Part shown: piece after piece, positions 39,801 to 50,695 of the stretch
Numbering within the stretch: position 1 is the first letter of the stretch
Layout: every line of letters begins with the position of its first letter
Origin: Mustelus asterias
Taxonomy: Eukaryota
Assembly (NCBI RefSeq): GCF_964213995.1
Contig: NC_135819.1
Coordinates: 61,566,001-61,630,000, forward strand
Length of the DNA: 64,000 bases
Direction of reading: 5' to 3'
Translations under genes and position numbers: made by a program
The notes under the pieces: generated by a model
Databases searched by the model: none
What the model was told of the DNA's origin: nothing
The model's input: the letters and a program-made list of their open reading frames with translations, nothing else

Positions 39801-42800
39801 AGTATAGCGGAAATCTGGATTGTTTCCTCCAAAAGGTTCTGAATGCTAGGGACAATTGAAGCTTTCATAACCTAGATTGATAAATATTCGCCAAATGTAT
39901 TGGGGATATAGAGCAGGGTTAGGTAAATGGAATTGATGTGTAGATCAGCTGTGGTCTAAATTGAACAGTGGAGCCGAATATAAGACATAGGAGCAAAAGT
40001 AGGCCATTTGACCAATCGAATCTGATTATCCTGCTGTTTCTTACTGAGAATTTTTATGCCTTTGCCTCTGACCCATTTTGTATAACGGCCAACAGTAATA
40101 TCTGTCTTGCCTGTGGTGACCTATCTCAGCACAGGTTGGAGTTCTGACCTGAAATCCTGGCCTGCACAGCCTAGTAACACAGTGACCACCCTACCAAATC
40201 AGTAAAGCCCACTGACACACTTACCAACAAATCGTGTGCAGCTCATTGACCACCCAACAAACCTTGTATAGTCCATCTGACAGACAATTGAATCCTGGAG
40301 GGAATGACTGGTTGTGATGTGGAACTGTCTGAGTTGGGTGACTAGTCCCCTCATTACTCTGTTCTGGTCTTAGAACCATCTCTGTGACTTCATATTTTAC
40401 AGGAAAGCATTTTGTCATCCCATCGTGTGTCGATGTCACAGGAAACAAGCGGAAACGGAAAACCTGTATGAAATTGAAAGAATTTGGGAAGTGGTTCTCT
40501 GCAATATGTGAGTAGATCCTGACTCGTTCCTCCCCTTGTTTGCTAAATCCGTGAAGTTTGCATTTCTGAGTGTGCGTAGCACTGCACGGTTTTGGCACTC
40601 CTGTTATTCATTATAGTGTATGGCTCACTGTAGGCCTGTTACATACTGTGGCATTCATTGCTATGATGATTGCGCATCGTGTTCTACGTCTTTTCTGTTT
40701 CATCTCTTGTGCTCTTTTTTTTTTGTCTCTGCAGATTACAGTGGATGGAGTGATGTGAAGAACAGGAGAAAGGGCCCAACATTTGCAGGTGAGAGGCAGT
40801 GCTGGGCATATGGAATTGGTCCGGATTCTTGCATCAAAGGATCCATTTAGAAAGTTTTCTCTGACTTTACTGAATATAAAACCTGGAGTAAATGGATTGT
40901 AACGTGAGTATTGCCCATATTCATCACGATGCGGAAAATGGCAACATGTTCAAAGACGTTGGGGAGGAACGGGTTAGAGATTGGGTGGTACTTCGCAAGG
41001 AGAGCCAAGGGCAGTGATCCCTCTTGACCTTAGACCAAATCAAATTCCTGCACGCAAGCAGTCCGCTTTAAGATACCATCATGTAGCCGCGCAAAATAAT
41101 TTACAGGACCTGCGCAATTAAATGAATTGACTCGACACAACAAAACTAAATTTAGAAGGTACGCTGGCAAAAGTGAGTTTTTTGAGGAAGGTGTGATGAT
41201 GCAGGATTTGAAGGTGGAGTGGGTGACAGTACCCAGGAAGAGGGGATTATAACAATGTCACCTAACCTGGGCTCCATAAAGAGAAGTTGGGTGGTCAATA
41301 GTTAGGTCGGATTAGGATTGAGGGTGGAGGAGCTGAGTCTCAAGACAAGATGAACTTCGAGGGAAGGGTGGAATGTAGGAGAGAAATTAGAGAAAGATGC
41401 AAATTTGGGGAATAACCTTAGAGGAAGATGAGTGTGGTGGACTTGAAGGAGGGTAGGAAACAGCAGAGGCAGCTAAGTGATGGATTTACTTTGTGACAGA
41501 GAAATCCATGAGCTTCTCATACTTGTAGTTGGAGATGAGGATTGAGGGGGCATGGGGAGGGGTTTAAGAGGGTGGTCTTCCCCTTCTCCTCCCTCCGCAC
41601 CAAGGTGCTCATGGCAAGACATGTCTCTAAGTGGAGTGGCTGGTGGCGAGGAAGGGCCTCACCAAGTAAATAACTGTTTTTGTGAGGGTTGTCATTTTGC
41701 GAGTTTGGCTTGTTTGTATGCTGCTGACTGACTGACTTTTAAAATGGTCTCTTTGCTTTGCAGATATGGAGGTTCTGTACTGGCAGCACATGAAGGAAAG
41801 ACTCGGAGCACAGAGGAAACATCAGCAAAGGATGGTGAGAGTATTTGGCTAGAGCTACAAGTTAGAGAAGAAAAAGCCAGCAGGTTCTGGAAAACTCTTT
41901 GTACCAATCTGTACAAATTGAGAAATATTAATTGCAGGAGTTCTAATTGAATCAGGGTGAGAGTGAGCCATGGAACCAAGCCTGTGTTAAATTATTAGTT
42001 CTCTGGTGGTAGTAGGGTGCTACAATCTGACACTAACCTGAGAAGGAGAAAGGGTTTTCGCTCCTGATCAATATCCAGTGAGCATTTCTGACGATGTTTG
42101 AGAAAGATCAGTGAAAGATCACAGATCAGTGACTCAGTAACCAGAGGCAGAGATTGAAGATTACAATGCAGAGAATGAAGAGGGATATGAGGTTTTCATA
42201 GAGGGTTATTCCAAAGAATGATTTATCCCAAGGAGCTTTTGAGGAAGAGATCAGAATATTCTTGTAGAGCTACATCCATTTAATGGGAAATTGGATAGGG
42301 ATTGGGGAATTATGGAATAAGGGTGGATGGCTCCATTTGGAGGCAAGCACCAACATAGGCAGAACGGCCTCCTGTAAATTCTAATTCTATTTTAAGTGGA
42401 ACATGAGAAATAATTAATTCTTGCTGTGTTATGGAAGAGATGACATGCCACATTAGTGTGTGTTGGGGTGTGGAGATGTTGGGGCACAGAGTATAGAGAT
42501 GCTGTAACATCTGACAGAGAAGTGAAACTTGCCCTTGACTCACCAATCTGAGATTGAGAGGTCAACAGTGTGATTTTTATGGTATACAAGTTGAGCTGCC
42601 TTGTACACAAAGTCTAAAGGGGAGTTGATGAATATGGAGTCTGATTCAGATGCTGTGTTCGTTGATGTATTCTGGTTTGTGTCAGAGCTCCCGCTGTTTG
42701 TGTATTTGATTATGCTAATGAAGTCTTTCCTCCGCAGATTGCTCTGCGTGGGCGGGAAATAGAGGAGTTGGAGATAGAAGCTGGAAACATGGAAGAAGAA

Positions 42801-45800
42801 TTAAATGACTTGCAGGAGAGAGCTGAAGACCATCTGGATAATGATGGAGTGGAAGGTAATGAAAGAAAAGAAATTTCACACACTCTACACTTGCCATTTA
42901 TTTCAGCCCCACAAATGGTTCCCCTCCTGCAACAAATGCAGAAGCTCCTGGTAGCTGACCACCAGAGAACAATTTCCCCCTCCTTGGAATTGGGCCGTTC
43001 CTGGATTTTGGCTCTGGGCTCTCTTTCACACAATCTCTGGCACTTTGCTGCTAGTTCTGTTCTCCTGGAATGGAGTTCTAATGTGGGACTCTGACTGGAG
43101 GCTGTTCTTGGGTCATGTTCCAAATTCCCATTCTGATGGTTTGAATAATGGCAATGGCTGCTGTTTAAGCTCGACCAGCCTGTATTGGTGGATTTCAATC
43201 ATTTTACAGAATGAGTGATGTTGAGTGTGTGCTAGAGTGATGTTGAGTGTGTGCTAGAGTGATGTTGAGTGTGTGCTAGAGTGATGTTGAGTGTGTGCTA
43301 GAATGATGCACCCAACCCACTGGCACAGTTACACTGTTTACCATATAAAAACAGAAAATGCTGGAAATACCCAGCAGGTCAGGCAGCATCTATGAAGGGA
43401 AAAGGTTAATATTTCAGGTCAGTGACACCTTCAGTGGCACAGTGGTTGCCTCTCAGCACCAGGGACCCAGGTTCGATTCCTTGGGTCACTGGATCACTGT
43501 CTGTGCGGAGTCTGCACATTCTCCCCGTGTCTGCGTGGGTGCTTCAGGTTGCCTCCCACAGTCCGAAAGACGTGTTGGTTAGGTGCATTGGCCATGCTAA
43601 AAAATTCTCCCTCAGTATACCGAACAGGTGCCAGAGTGTGGCGACCAGAGGATTTTCACAGTCACTTCATTGCAGTGTTAATGTGAGCCTACTTATGACA
43701 CTAATAAATAAACTTTAAAAAAAACACTGCTTTTTGTCTTCCAAGCAAGTCTGTCCTAGGAACATAGGAGCAGGAGGAGGCCATTCGGCATTTACCCACA
43801 CTATCCCCGTATCCCATGATACCTTTAATATCTAGAAATCTATGGATTTCTGTCTTCATTGTACTCTGACTAAGCCTTCAAAACCTTCTGGGGTACAGAA
43901 TTTCAAAGATTCACCACCCTCTAAGTGAAGAAATTCCTCATTTTAATCCTAAATGACCTACCTCTTATTCAGAGACTGTGTTTCCAGGTTCTAGAAATCC
44001 AGCCAACCCCCAACCAAGGTGACATCCTTGCTGCATCTACCCTGTCGAGTCCTGTAAGAATTTTATATGCTTCAATGAGATCATCTCTTGTTCTTCTAAA
44101 TTCTAGAGAACACAAGTCCAGTCCCCTCAATCTCCTCCATAGGACAATTCAGCCATTCCAGGGATCAGTCTGGTGAACCTTTGTAGTTGTATCCTCTCTT
44201 GGGTAAGGACACCAAAATTGTAGCTGCGGTCTCACCAAGGCTCCATACAATTTCAGCAAGACTTCTTAACTCCCATGCTCAAATCCTCTTGCAACAAAGG
44301 CCAACATTTCATTTACCTTCCTAATTGCTTGCAGTACCTGCATGCTAGATTTCAGTGACTCACGGACAAGGACACCCATGTCCCTTTGGGCATAAACCCA
44401 TCCAATTTCTCATCATTTAGGAAAAATGGAAATGTAGAATATTTCTTACCAAACTGGATAACTTCACATTTTTCTACATTATATTCCATCTGCCACATTC
44501 TTGCCCACTCACTAAATCTGTCTTAATCCCCTTGAAGCCTCTTTGCATCTTCCTCTCAACTTGCATTTCCACCTAGTTTTGTATAACCAGCAAACTTGGA
44601 AATACTATATTTGATCGCCACATTCAAATATAGATTGTGAATATCTGGGGCTCAAGCGCTGATCCAGATTAGTTTGGAATTTACTCTTCCAAATGCAGGC
44701 CAAGTCCTCTACTATACTGGTCAAGCTGAAACAGTTTGTCGTGGACAATATTATCTAGATCCTTTATACATCCTAACAGCAATCATGTTACCCCTCAGTC
44801 CATTTACATAAGCACTCCTCATGTAAAGGATTAACATACTCCTGTACTGAACATGGGGAGAATCTTATCCAGAGTAAAGGAGTAATATACCCTAGTCTCA
44901 GTGTTATAGTGTGTGAATGTTTTAAAAACTCTGCTCTGTATGATGGGGAGGACGTATCTGTTACCTTTCACAACAGGACTCTGCCACAAACATTAATATT
45001 CAGTGTGCTGTCACTGAAAACGTCTCAACAATGGGTGCTCTGCGTTTAATAAGTACATAACTATGAGCAGGAATGGTTATACTGTTCCTCGTGTGGTACT
45101 TTATGACTAGTATCAGTTATATTGACTTTAAAATTTTTAGGGCGGCACGGTAGCACAGTGGTTAGCACTGCTGCTTCACAGCTCCAGGGTCCCAGGTTCG
45201 ATTCCCGGCTCGGGTCACTGTCTGTGTGGAGTTTGCACATTCTCCTCGTGTCTGCGTGGGTTTCCTCCGGGTGCTCCGGTTTCCTCCCACAGTCCAAAGA
45301 TGTGCGGGTTAGGTTGATTGGCCAGGTTAAAAATTGCCCCTTAGAGTCCTGCGATGCGTAGGTTAGAGGGATCAGTGGGTAAAATATGTGGGGGTAGGGC
45401 CTGGGTGGGATTGTGGTCGGTGCAGACTCGATGGGCCGAATGGCCTCCTTCTGCACTGTAGGGTTTCTATCTATTCTATTTCTATATGTGTGTGAGTGAG
45501 ACTATGATTAGTTCAGTTAATGTGTAAGGGTGGCGCCCAGAACCTCTTGGTCCTGTTCAGCTTCATTATCCTGCAGGTAAATCCTCCGACAGCACAAATA
45601 CTTCTTAATATTTCGCAGAGTGACACTCAGCCCACTCATAGGGTTTCAGAACAATCATTTCATGTTTTGATGTTCGCCATTTGTCTTATTTGCATAATTT
45701 ATTTGCGTAGGAGGTGGGATTAATTTCCTCCCCCACTCGGCCTCAGAAATACAGCAGAAACAGAGCATCAATAATCTGCCAGGAATCTGGTGCAAATCGA

Positions 45801-48800
45801 TGACTTGCTAGAATTCTGAACCCAAATTAATTGCAGTGTGGGAAGAAGATGTCAATCAGAAACACACTCTGGTTACTGCTGGTTAGCACTGGTTGGTGGT
45901 AGTGAGTGCCCTAAATAGAATGAATGTCATTCTTTCTTAACTGCAGGATTCTTCATTAATTACAGGTAGTATGAAAAGAAAACAGGTGAGTGTGGAATTA
46001 TAAACCCTGGTAAATTAAGGCTATAATTGGCCACAACTATACTGCAACATCTCTGACAACAAAGTGTCCAGCACCCAGTACTTGAGACATATAAGACACT
46101 TCCCTTAAAGGTGTGGAGCTGGCTATTTGGATTAGTCAAGTCTAGTCCACTGAGATACCCATATTTTAATAATTCAGGAGTGGTTTCTGGTGTAGCACTG
46201 AAATACCCATACTCAAACGATCCAGGAAGGATTTCTGGCGTATGATAACTGATCTTATTTGGGACACTGCAGTGAGTGGTAAAAATTTGATTGAAATGTT
46301 CTGACTGTTCTCTTGTGCGAGACGCAGTGAATGGGAGCTGATGCTTATGAAATCTGTCCCAATGGTAATGTTCTCTGATCCGAGTCGGGTTCATGAACCT
46401 GCCTCATGTGACAGATCCAGTGGATAATGAACTGATTGTGAGTGAAGATTGAGTTTGCCTGTTCTTTGACAAATGAAATTGAGGTTATTGACTAAAACAT
46501 TGTGAACAGCTGGAAAATATTTCTGAACTGTGTTTATTTTATTTTAGATGATTATGACATTAATTTGGATCAAGAAGTTGATGCAGCTCAGGAGAACCAC
46601 AGGACCCCAGATCTGGGTAATAACTCTCTTTAACGATGGGTAATCCCCAGCCCTTCCTTTAACTATGGATAAACCTCACCCATGTAACTCTGATTAATAC
46701 CCCACCCCACCCCCTCCTCCTATAACTCCAAATTTCTGTTACTTTTCTATTGGTAATTAATCTTTTCATCTGTAATTGCAGAACCTCCTGGAGATGCTGG
46801 ATGCCTGAGTTATGAGGAGCTTGTTAGAAGGAATGTGGTATGTAAAGTTGCTGTTAATTAAATGTGTGTCTTGTTTTAGCATCCTTATAATTGTCACTGT
46901 ACAGGAAAAGTTTAATATTCAGCTCTCTTTAAAACCTAAAGTCTAGACTAATGCATGTTCTATGATCACGTGTTGATGTAGCCAATAGTTCTAATCTAGG
47001 AAGCCTTGATTTATGATTCTGAGAGACTTGAACTGCACAGGGTGCTAGAATTTTCAGCACACCATGGATTCCAGTAGTGATGCACAGAATAGATCCAGTA
47101 CCTAAACATTTCACAATTCATCCTTGGAATGAGAGCATCACTTGCAAGGCTGGCATTTATTGCCATCCCTAGTTGTCATGAAAAGGTGTTGATTGATCTT
47201 CCCCTGAGTTTGGTATAATTGAGAGGCTTACTTGCCCACTTTGGAGGGCAGTTAAAATACTCTATCAGGTATAATATATTCCTTACTGTAATGTACAAGA
47301 GCAGCGTTACTTGGGGTAATAAACCCCTTCTTTAAACATACAAGAACAGCGTTGTAGTGCTAATATGCTGCTCATTAATGCGCAAGGACAGTGTTATTGG
47401 GAATAAAGGGGTAATATACACTGACTATGTCCTGTCTATAGAGGGAACAGTGTTCTCTGGAGTACAGGCTGTAGATAAAAAGGTGTATATGAGGCCATTG
47501 TTCTCTCTGATCCTGAAATCATGGCAGTTCTGCCTAGCACATTGGTTGATGGATTAAGCTATTCCAGACTGACCCGTTCCTGTATTCCAGGAGCTGTTTA
47601 TTGCTAACTCCCAGCAGTACGCTCAGGAGACAGCTCTCTCCCTCCGTGTGAGGGACTGGGAGGAGAAGATTGGTCCAAGGCTGGAAGAACAGGTAAGAAT
47701 GATTTCACTGGACCTAATGTAGAGAGTAATATCCTGGGAGTTGTGGTGATAATAGGAGGTTGCTTAGCATTTCTGATATACCAGACTGAAAATATGACCC
47801 TACCTTCAGTCTGCTGCTGAGTGTTTACAGCATTTTCAGCTTTTATTTCAGATTTATATTTGCTGCAGGTTTTCCTCTGAAACCTTGTTCTCTTTTCTGT
47901 TGTGGCTGCTCTTCGAAGGACTGGCTGGAGGATTGGTAACTAAAGACGAGAGGTGGGGGTTTTGAGTGGAGAGTATGTACAAGAAATGAAACTAGCTTAA
48001 ATATAATGGAAACAGGAAAGGTGATTATAAGACTTACTAAATGAAAGGAGGCTATAAATGATCAGGAAAACAGACTTGTAGAACAAAAATGTAAAAAGAT
48101 GGTTAAAAAATAAACTGAGTATAACCCATTTTAACTGTCTGTACAACAATACACACGGTGTCCACGATAAAATTGGAGATGATAATATAATATAATATAT
48201 TGTGAGGAACCAGGTATAGTAGGAATTATTGAGACATGGCAAACAAAAAATCTAAACTGGGATTTTAACATTGCAGGGATAACTTTGTTTTAGAAAAGAG
48301 GGGTACAGATGCAATACAAGCACTGAGTTTTATTTCTAGAGGGATAGAATTGAAAAGTAGAGAGTTATGCTTGGCTTGTATTGAACTTTGATTAGACCAC
48401 ATTTGGAGTACTATGTGCAGTTCCAGTTGATAATTTTTTTAAAAAGAAGATAGAAAGACCCACTGGAGAGGGCACAGAGAATATTTACAAGGATGGTACC
48501 AGAGCTGTGAGGTTATATCCATCAGGAAAGAATGAATAAGTGGGGTCTCCTCTCAAAAAGAGAAGACTGAGGAGTAACTAACGGAAGTCTTTAAAATTGT
48601 AAAACGTTTTGGTCAAATGAATAAAGAATGTTTTGTTTTGTGTGGAAAAGCAAAACTAGATGCCATTAGTATAGGTAGTCACCCAGAGAAATCAATCAGG
48701 GAATTCGGAAGCAATTTCCTTACCCAGAGACTGGTGAGAATGTGGAACTTGCTACCGCAGGGAATAGTTACAGTGAGTAATATAGATGGGAGGAAGCTTG

Positions 48801-50695
48801 AGTACAACATAAATGCTGGTATAAACTGTTTGGTCTGTTTCTGTGCTGCATGTTCTATATAACCAGAAACACAGACTTGAGATAATTGCCAAAATGCTAG
48901 GGGGCAGATGAGATTATTACAACTTGGAACATACTGTCTGCAGTGGTAGCAGAAGCAAATTTAATAGTAATGTTCAAAAGTAAATTAAATAAATACTTTG
49001 AAAAAGATATTCAATTAGACCCAATGCCCTGCAATTTCTCCCTTTAAAAGAGCCTGGACATGCACGATGTAGTTCTATTCTACAACTCCTTTCTATGCTC
49101 ATTTTGACCACTTGTAACATGCTCGTAAATGTTTCTGATCTCTTGCAGGATGAGCGAACAGCCTTTGACATCCACGATTATGGGGTTAGAATCATGGATG
49201 CATTTGAGTGCATCAAACAGAGGCATTCATTCGCGAGCATTGTGGCTGGAAAGGAGGCATTCGAAGTGTGTCGATACATGTTGGCCACACTACAGCTGGT
49301 GAGTGTGTTCTTCAAGGGGTAATGGGATTAAACAAGAGCCGAAAAGCTTGAGAGAACATCCCAAAACTAGGTGGATGTGAAGTGCAGACCCAACTAAATG
49401 ACTTGGGTAACTTGGTGAACAAAGACTGAGAAACATGTTGTGACTTGACAATCATTAGAAATGGAGAATTTTCTATGAGTGACTTTTTTAGGTGAGTATT
49501 GCCAATGAATGGTTGTAATAGTTATTAATCCATTACAAGATGTGTTATTTTGACTCCCTTGAGGGGACTATTGGAGTGTCAGCTTAGCTCAATGGTAACA
49601 CTCCTGCCTTGAATCAGAATGTTGAGAGTTCAAGCCCCATACTGAAGACTTTTGAACATATAATCAAACTGATGCTGAAGGGCTGCTACACTGTCGGAGG
49701 GGTTGTACTGAGAGAGTGCTGCACTGTTGAAGAGTGAACATTTTGAAGCTTGATGTTTCAGATTTTATCTATAAAATAATGAGGGGCACAGACAAGATAG
49801 ATAGTCAATATCTTTTCCCAAAGGTAGGGGAGTCTAAAACTAGAGGGCATAGGTTTAAGGTGAGAGGGGAGAGATACAAAAGTGTCCAGAGGGGCAATTT
49901 TTTCACATACAGGGTGGTGAATGTCTGGAACAAGCTGCTAGAGGTAGTAGTAGAGGCGGGTACAATTTTATCTTTTAAAAAGCATTTAGATAGTTACATG
50001 GGTACGATGGGTATAGAAGGATATGGGCCAAATGCGGGCAATTGGGATTAGTTTAGGGTTTTTTTTAAAAAAAAGGGTAGCATGGACAAGTTGGGCCGAA
50101 GGGCCTGTTTCCATGCTGTAAACCTCTGACTCTACTCCGCTATTTAAAGATATATAAGGAGTTTGCCTTCCAATTATCCCAATGCTGCAGTGAGACAGAT
50201 AGATCAGACCTCTTGTGGTACGTCCTGTTTCCAAGGAAGGTTTTCTTTTGCTTCAGTCACTTTTGATTTGCCTGCTTTCCCTCCACTGCTGAAAGTCATT
50301 GACTTGCTGAGTCCTTGTGGAGGATTGAGCCTACCTGTGATAACTAATGCTTTTGGAGCCGCAGGTGTACAGTGATTTCACTGCTGACCTACTGAGTGCA
50401 GTTTCTCCAGTTGTCATCTCATCTGGCCAGAACTACTTCAGCGCTGACTCTGAATGTGTGTTTCACATTATATAATGGCAGGTTTAGCTTCAGGGCTGAG
50501 ATTATTTGTTGTTTTTCACCTGCTCACAGAGAGATCTTTCCTGTTTCTCCACAGGCCAATGACTACACCGTGGACATTTGGCAGAAAGATGGGCTGTACG
50601 AATCGGTTGACACGATGGAACTCACCCTTTTGAGTAAACTGAGAGCTCACGATCGGTTCCAGACATACATGGCTCCATCAATCTCCAATAAATAA
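18780..50695 (+). CDS. NCAPH2: Condensin-2 complex subunit H2 (kleisin beta), 20 coding exons, 616 aa
   Basis: Exons 18780-18887, 19537-19638, 21311-21366, 21991-22072, 22977-23048, 23640-23719, 25361-25515, 27466-27552, 30825-30928, 31035-31106, 39039-39105, 40403-40507, 40735-40788, 41764-41834, 42738-42855, 46548-46616, 46782-46837, 47591-47692, 49149-49298, 50555-50695; sum 1851 nt, phases consistent; [81 protein letters not shown] are NCAPH2 hallmarks. Confidence 0.96.
19537..19638 (+). CDS. NCAPH2: NCAPH2 coding exon 2
   Basis: [34 protein letters not shown]. Confidence 0.93.
19730..20998 (-). mobile_element. CR1 LINE 3' fragment
   Basis: [54 protein letters not shown]; ttgttct-type tail. 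Confidence 0.92.
21311..21366 (+). CDS. NCAPH2: NCAPH2 coding exon 3
   Basis: [18 protein letters not shown]. Confidence 0.92.
21991..22072 (+). CDS. NCAPH2: NCAPH2 coding exon 4
   Basis: [17 protein letters not shown]...; tttag/gtaag. Confidence 0.85.
22229..22590 (+). mobile_element. Penelope-like element remnant with inverted terminal segment and minimal hammerhead motif
   Basis: 50-bp inverted repeat 22229-22278 / 22510-22559; HHR-like 22461-22497; flanking direct repeat ccatgaga(t/c)tga. Confidence 0.7.
22461..22497 (+). ncRNA. Minimal type I hammerhead ribozyme motif
   Basis: CCAT-CTGACGA-A-GGAGC-agt-GCTCC-GAAA-GCTT-ATGG: stem I, intact core, 5-bp stem II, palindromic AGCT stem III. 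Confidence 0.65.
22977..23048 (+). CDS. NCAPH2: NCAPH2 coding exon 5
   Basis: [20 protein letters not shown]...; ttctag/gtaag. Confidence 0.88.
23640..23719 (+). CDS. NCAPH2: NCAPH2 coding exon 6
   Basis: [26 protein letters not shown]. Confidence 0.9.
25361..25515 (+). CDS. NCAPH2: NCAPH2 coding exon 7
   Basis: [28 protein letters not shown]... Confidence 0.9.
26828..27181 (+). mobile_element. HE1-type V-SINE, full length
   Basis: gggcggcacggtagcacagtggttagc...gggtttctatg. Confidence 0.9.
27466..27552 (+). CDS. NCAPH2: NCAPH2 coding exon 8
   Basis: [11 protein letters not shown]...[10 protein letters not shown]; tacag/gtaag, phase 1-1. Confidence 0.78.
28189..29158 (+). mobile_element. 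CR1 LINE 3' fragment, young
   Basis: Open 260-aa RT C-terminus ([28 protein letters not shown]); (atgttct)n tail. Confidence 0.93.
30825..30928 (+). CDS. NCAPH2: NCAPH2 coding exon 9
   Basis: [18 protein letters not shown]...EHITHQK. Confidence 0.8.
31035..31106 (+). CDS. NCAPH2: NCAPH2 coding exon 10
   Basis: [14 protein letters not shown]...; ctgcag/gtaat. Confidence 0.85.
31790..33230 (+). mobile_element. Old LINE fragment interrupted by V-SINE (32337-32643)
   Basis: Endonuclease-like LGDFNV remnant near 31850; related sequence at ~53560-54450. Confidence 0.55.
33340..37567 (-). mobile_element. Near full-length CR1 LINE (ORF1 coiled-coil + SGNH esterase; ORF2 APE endonuclease + RT), frameshifted
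   Basis: ORF1 CKRCIQL...[10 protein letters not shown]...CLPGA...HIGTNDV; ORF2 [48 protein letters not shown]; ttctatgg-type tail. Confidence 0.95.
36518..36869 (-). mobile_element. HE1-type V-SINE inserted in CR1 ORF1
   Basis: Full SINE flanked by caatc; duplicated 5' head. Confidence 0.9.
37970..38625 (-). mobile_element. RTE-clade LINE RT fragment
   Basis: [47 protein letters not shown]. Confidence 0.85.
39039..39105 (+). CDS. NCAPH2: NCAPH2 coding exon 11
   Basis: [22 protein letters not shown]. Confidence 0.9.
40403..40507 (+). CDS. NCAPH2: NCAPH2 coding exon 12
   Basis: [19 protein letters not shown]...WFSAI. Confidence 0.88.
40735..40788 (+). CDS. NCAPH2: NCAPH2 coding exon 13
   Basis: [17 protein letters not shown]. 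Confidence 0.88.
41764..41834 (+). CDS. NCAPH2: NCAPH2 coding exon 14
   Basis: [23 protein letters not shown]. Confidence 0.9.
42738..42855 (+). CDS. NCAPH2: NCAPH2 coding exon 15
   Basis: Acidic [14 protein letters not shown]...DNDGVE; ccgcag/gtaat. Confidence 0.82.
43213..43302. repeat. 22-bp tandem repeat x4
   Basis: gagtgatgttgagtgtgtgcta repeated exactly. Confidence 0.9.
43432..43720 (+). mobile_element. V-SINE with alternative tail
   Basis: Same structure as 6537-6850. Confidence 0.8.
43760..44665 (-). mobile_element. Decayed CR1 LINE 3' fragment
   Basis: gaacataggagcaggag tail and RT remnants. Confidence 0.7.
45140..45480 (+). mobile_element. HE1-type V-SINE, full length
   Basis: Near-identical to the 36518-36850 copy. 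Confidence 0.9.
46548..46616 (+). CDS. NCAPH2: NCAPH2 coding exon 16
   Basis: [22 protein letters not shown]; tttag/gtaat, phase 1-1. Confidence 0.78.
46782..46837 (+). CDS. NCAPH2: NCAPH2 coding exon 17
   Basis: [18 protein letters not shown]. Confidence 0.9.
47591..47692 (+). CDS. NCAPH2: NCAPH2 coding exon 18
   Basis: [34 protein letters not shown]. Confidence 0.92.
48170..48860 (+). mobile_element. Decayed CR1 LINE pieces
   Basis: [26 protein letters not shown]. Confidence 0.65.
49149..49298 (+). CDS. NCAPH2: NCAPH2 coding exon 19
   Basis: [12 protein letters not shown]...[12 protein letters not shown]. Confidence 0.93.
49768..50135 (+). mobile_element. CR1 LINE 3' end
   Basis: YKIMRGTDK...[10 protein letters not shown]...VVNVWN. 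Confidence 0.85.
50555..50695 (+). CDS. NCAPH2: NCAPH2 coding exon 20 (stop)
   Basis: [10 protein letters not shown]...[17 protein letters not shown]. Confidence 0.93.
   Translation, partial: ANDYTVDIWQKDGLYESVDTMELTLLSKLRAHDRFQTYMAPSISNK

Noticed and set aside
45947-45985. Possible extra 39-nt NCAPH2 exon (ctgcag...CAG|gtgag)
   Set aside because: Contains an in-frame TAG in the required phase and the flanking exons join without it; at most an unproven poison exon
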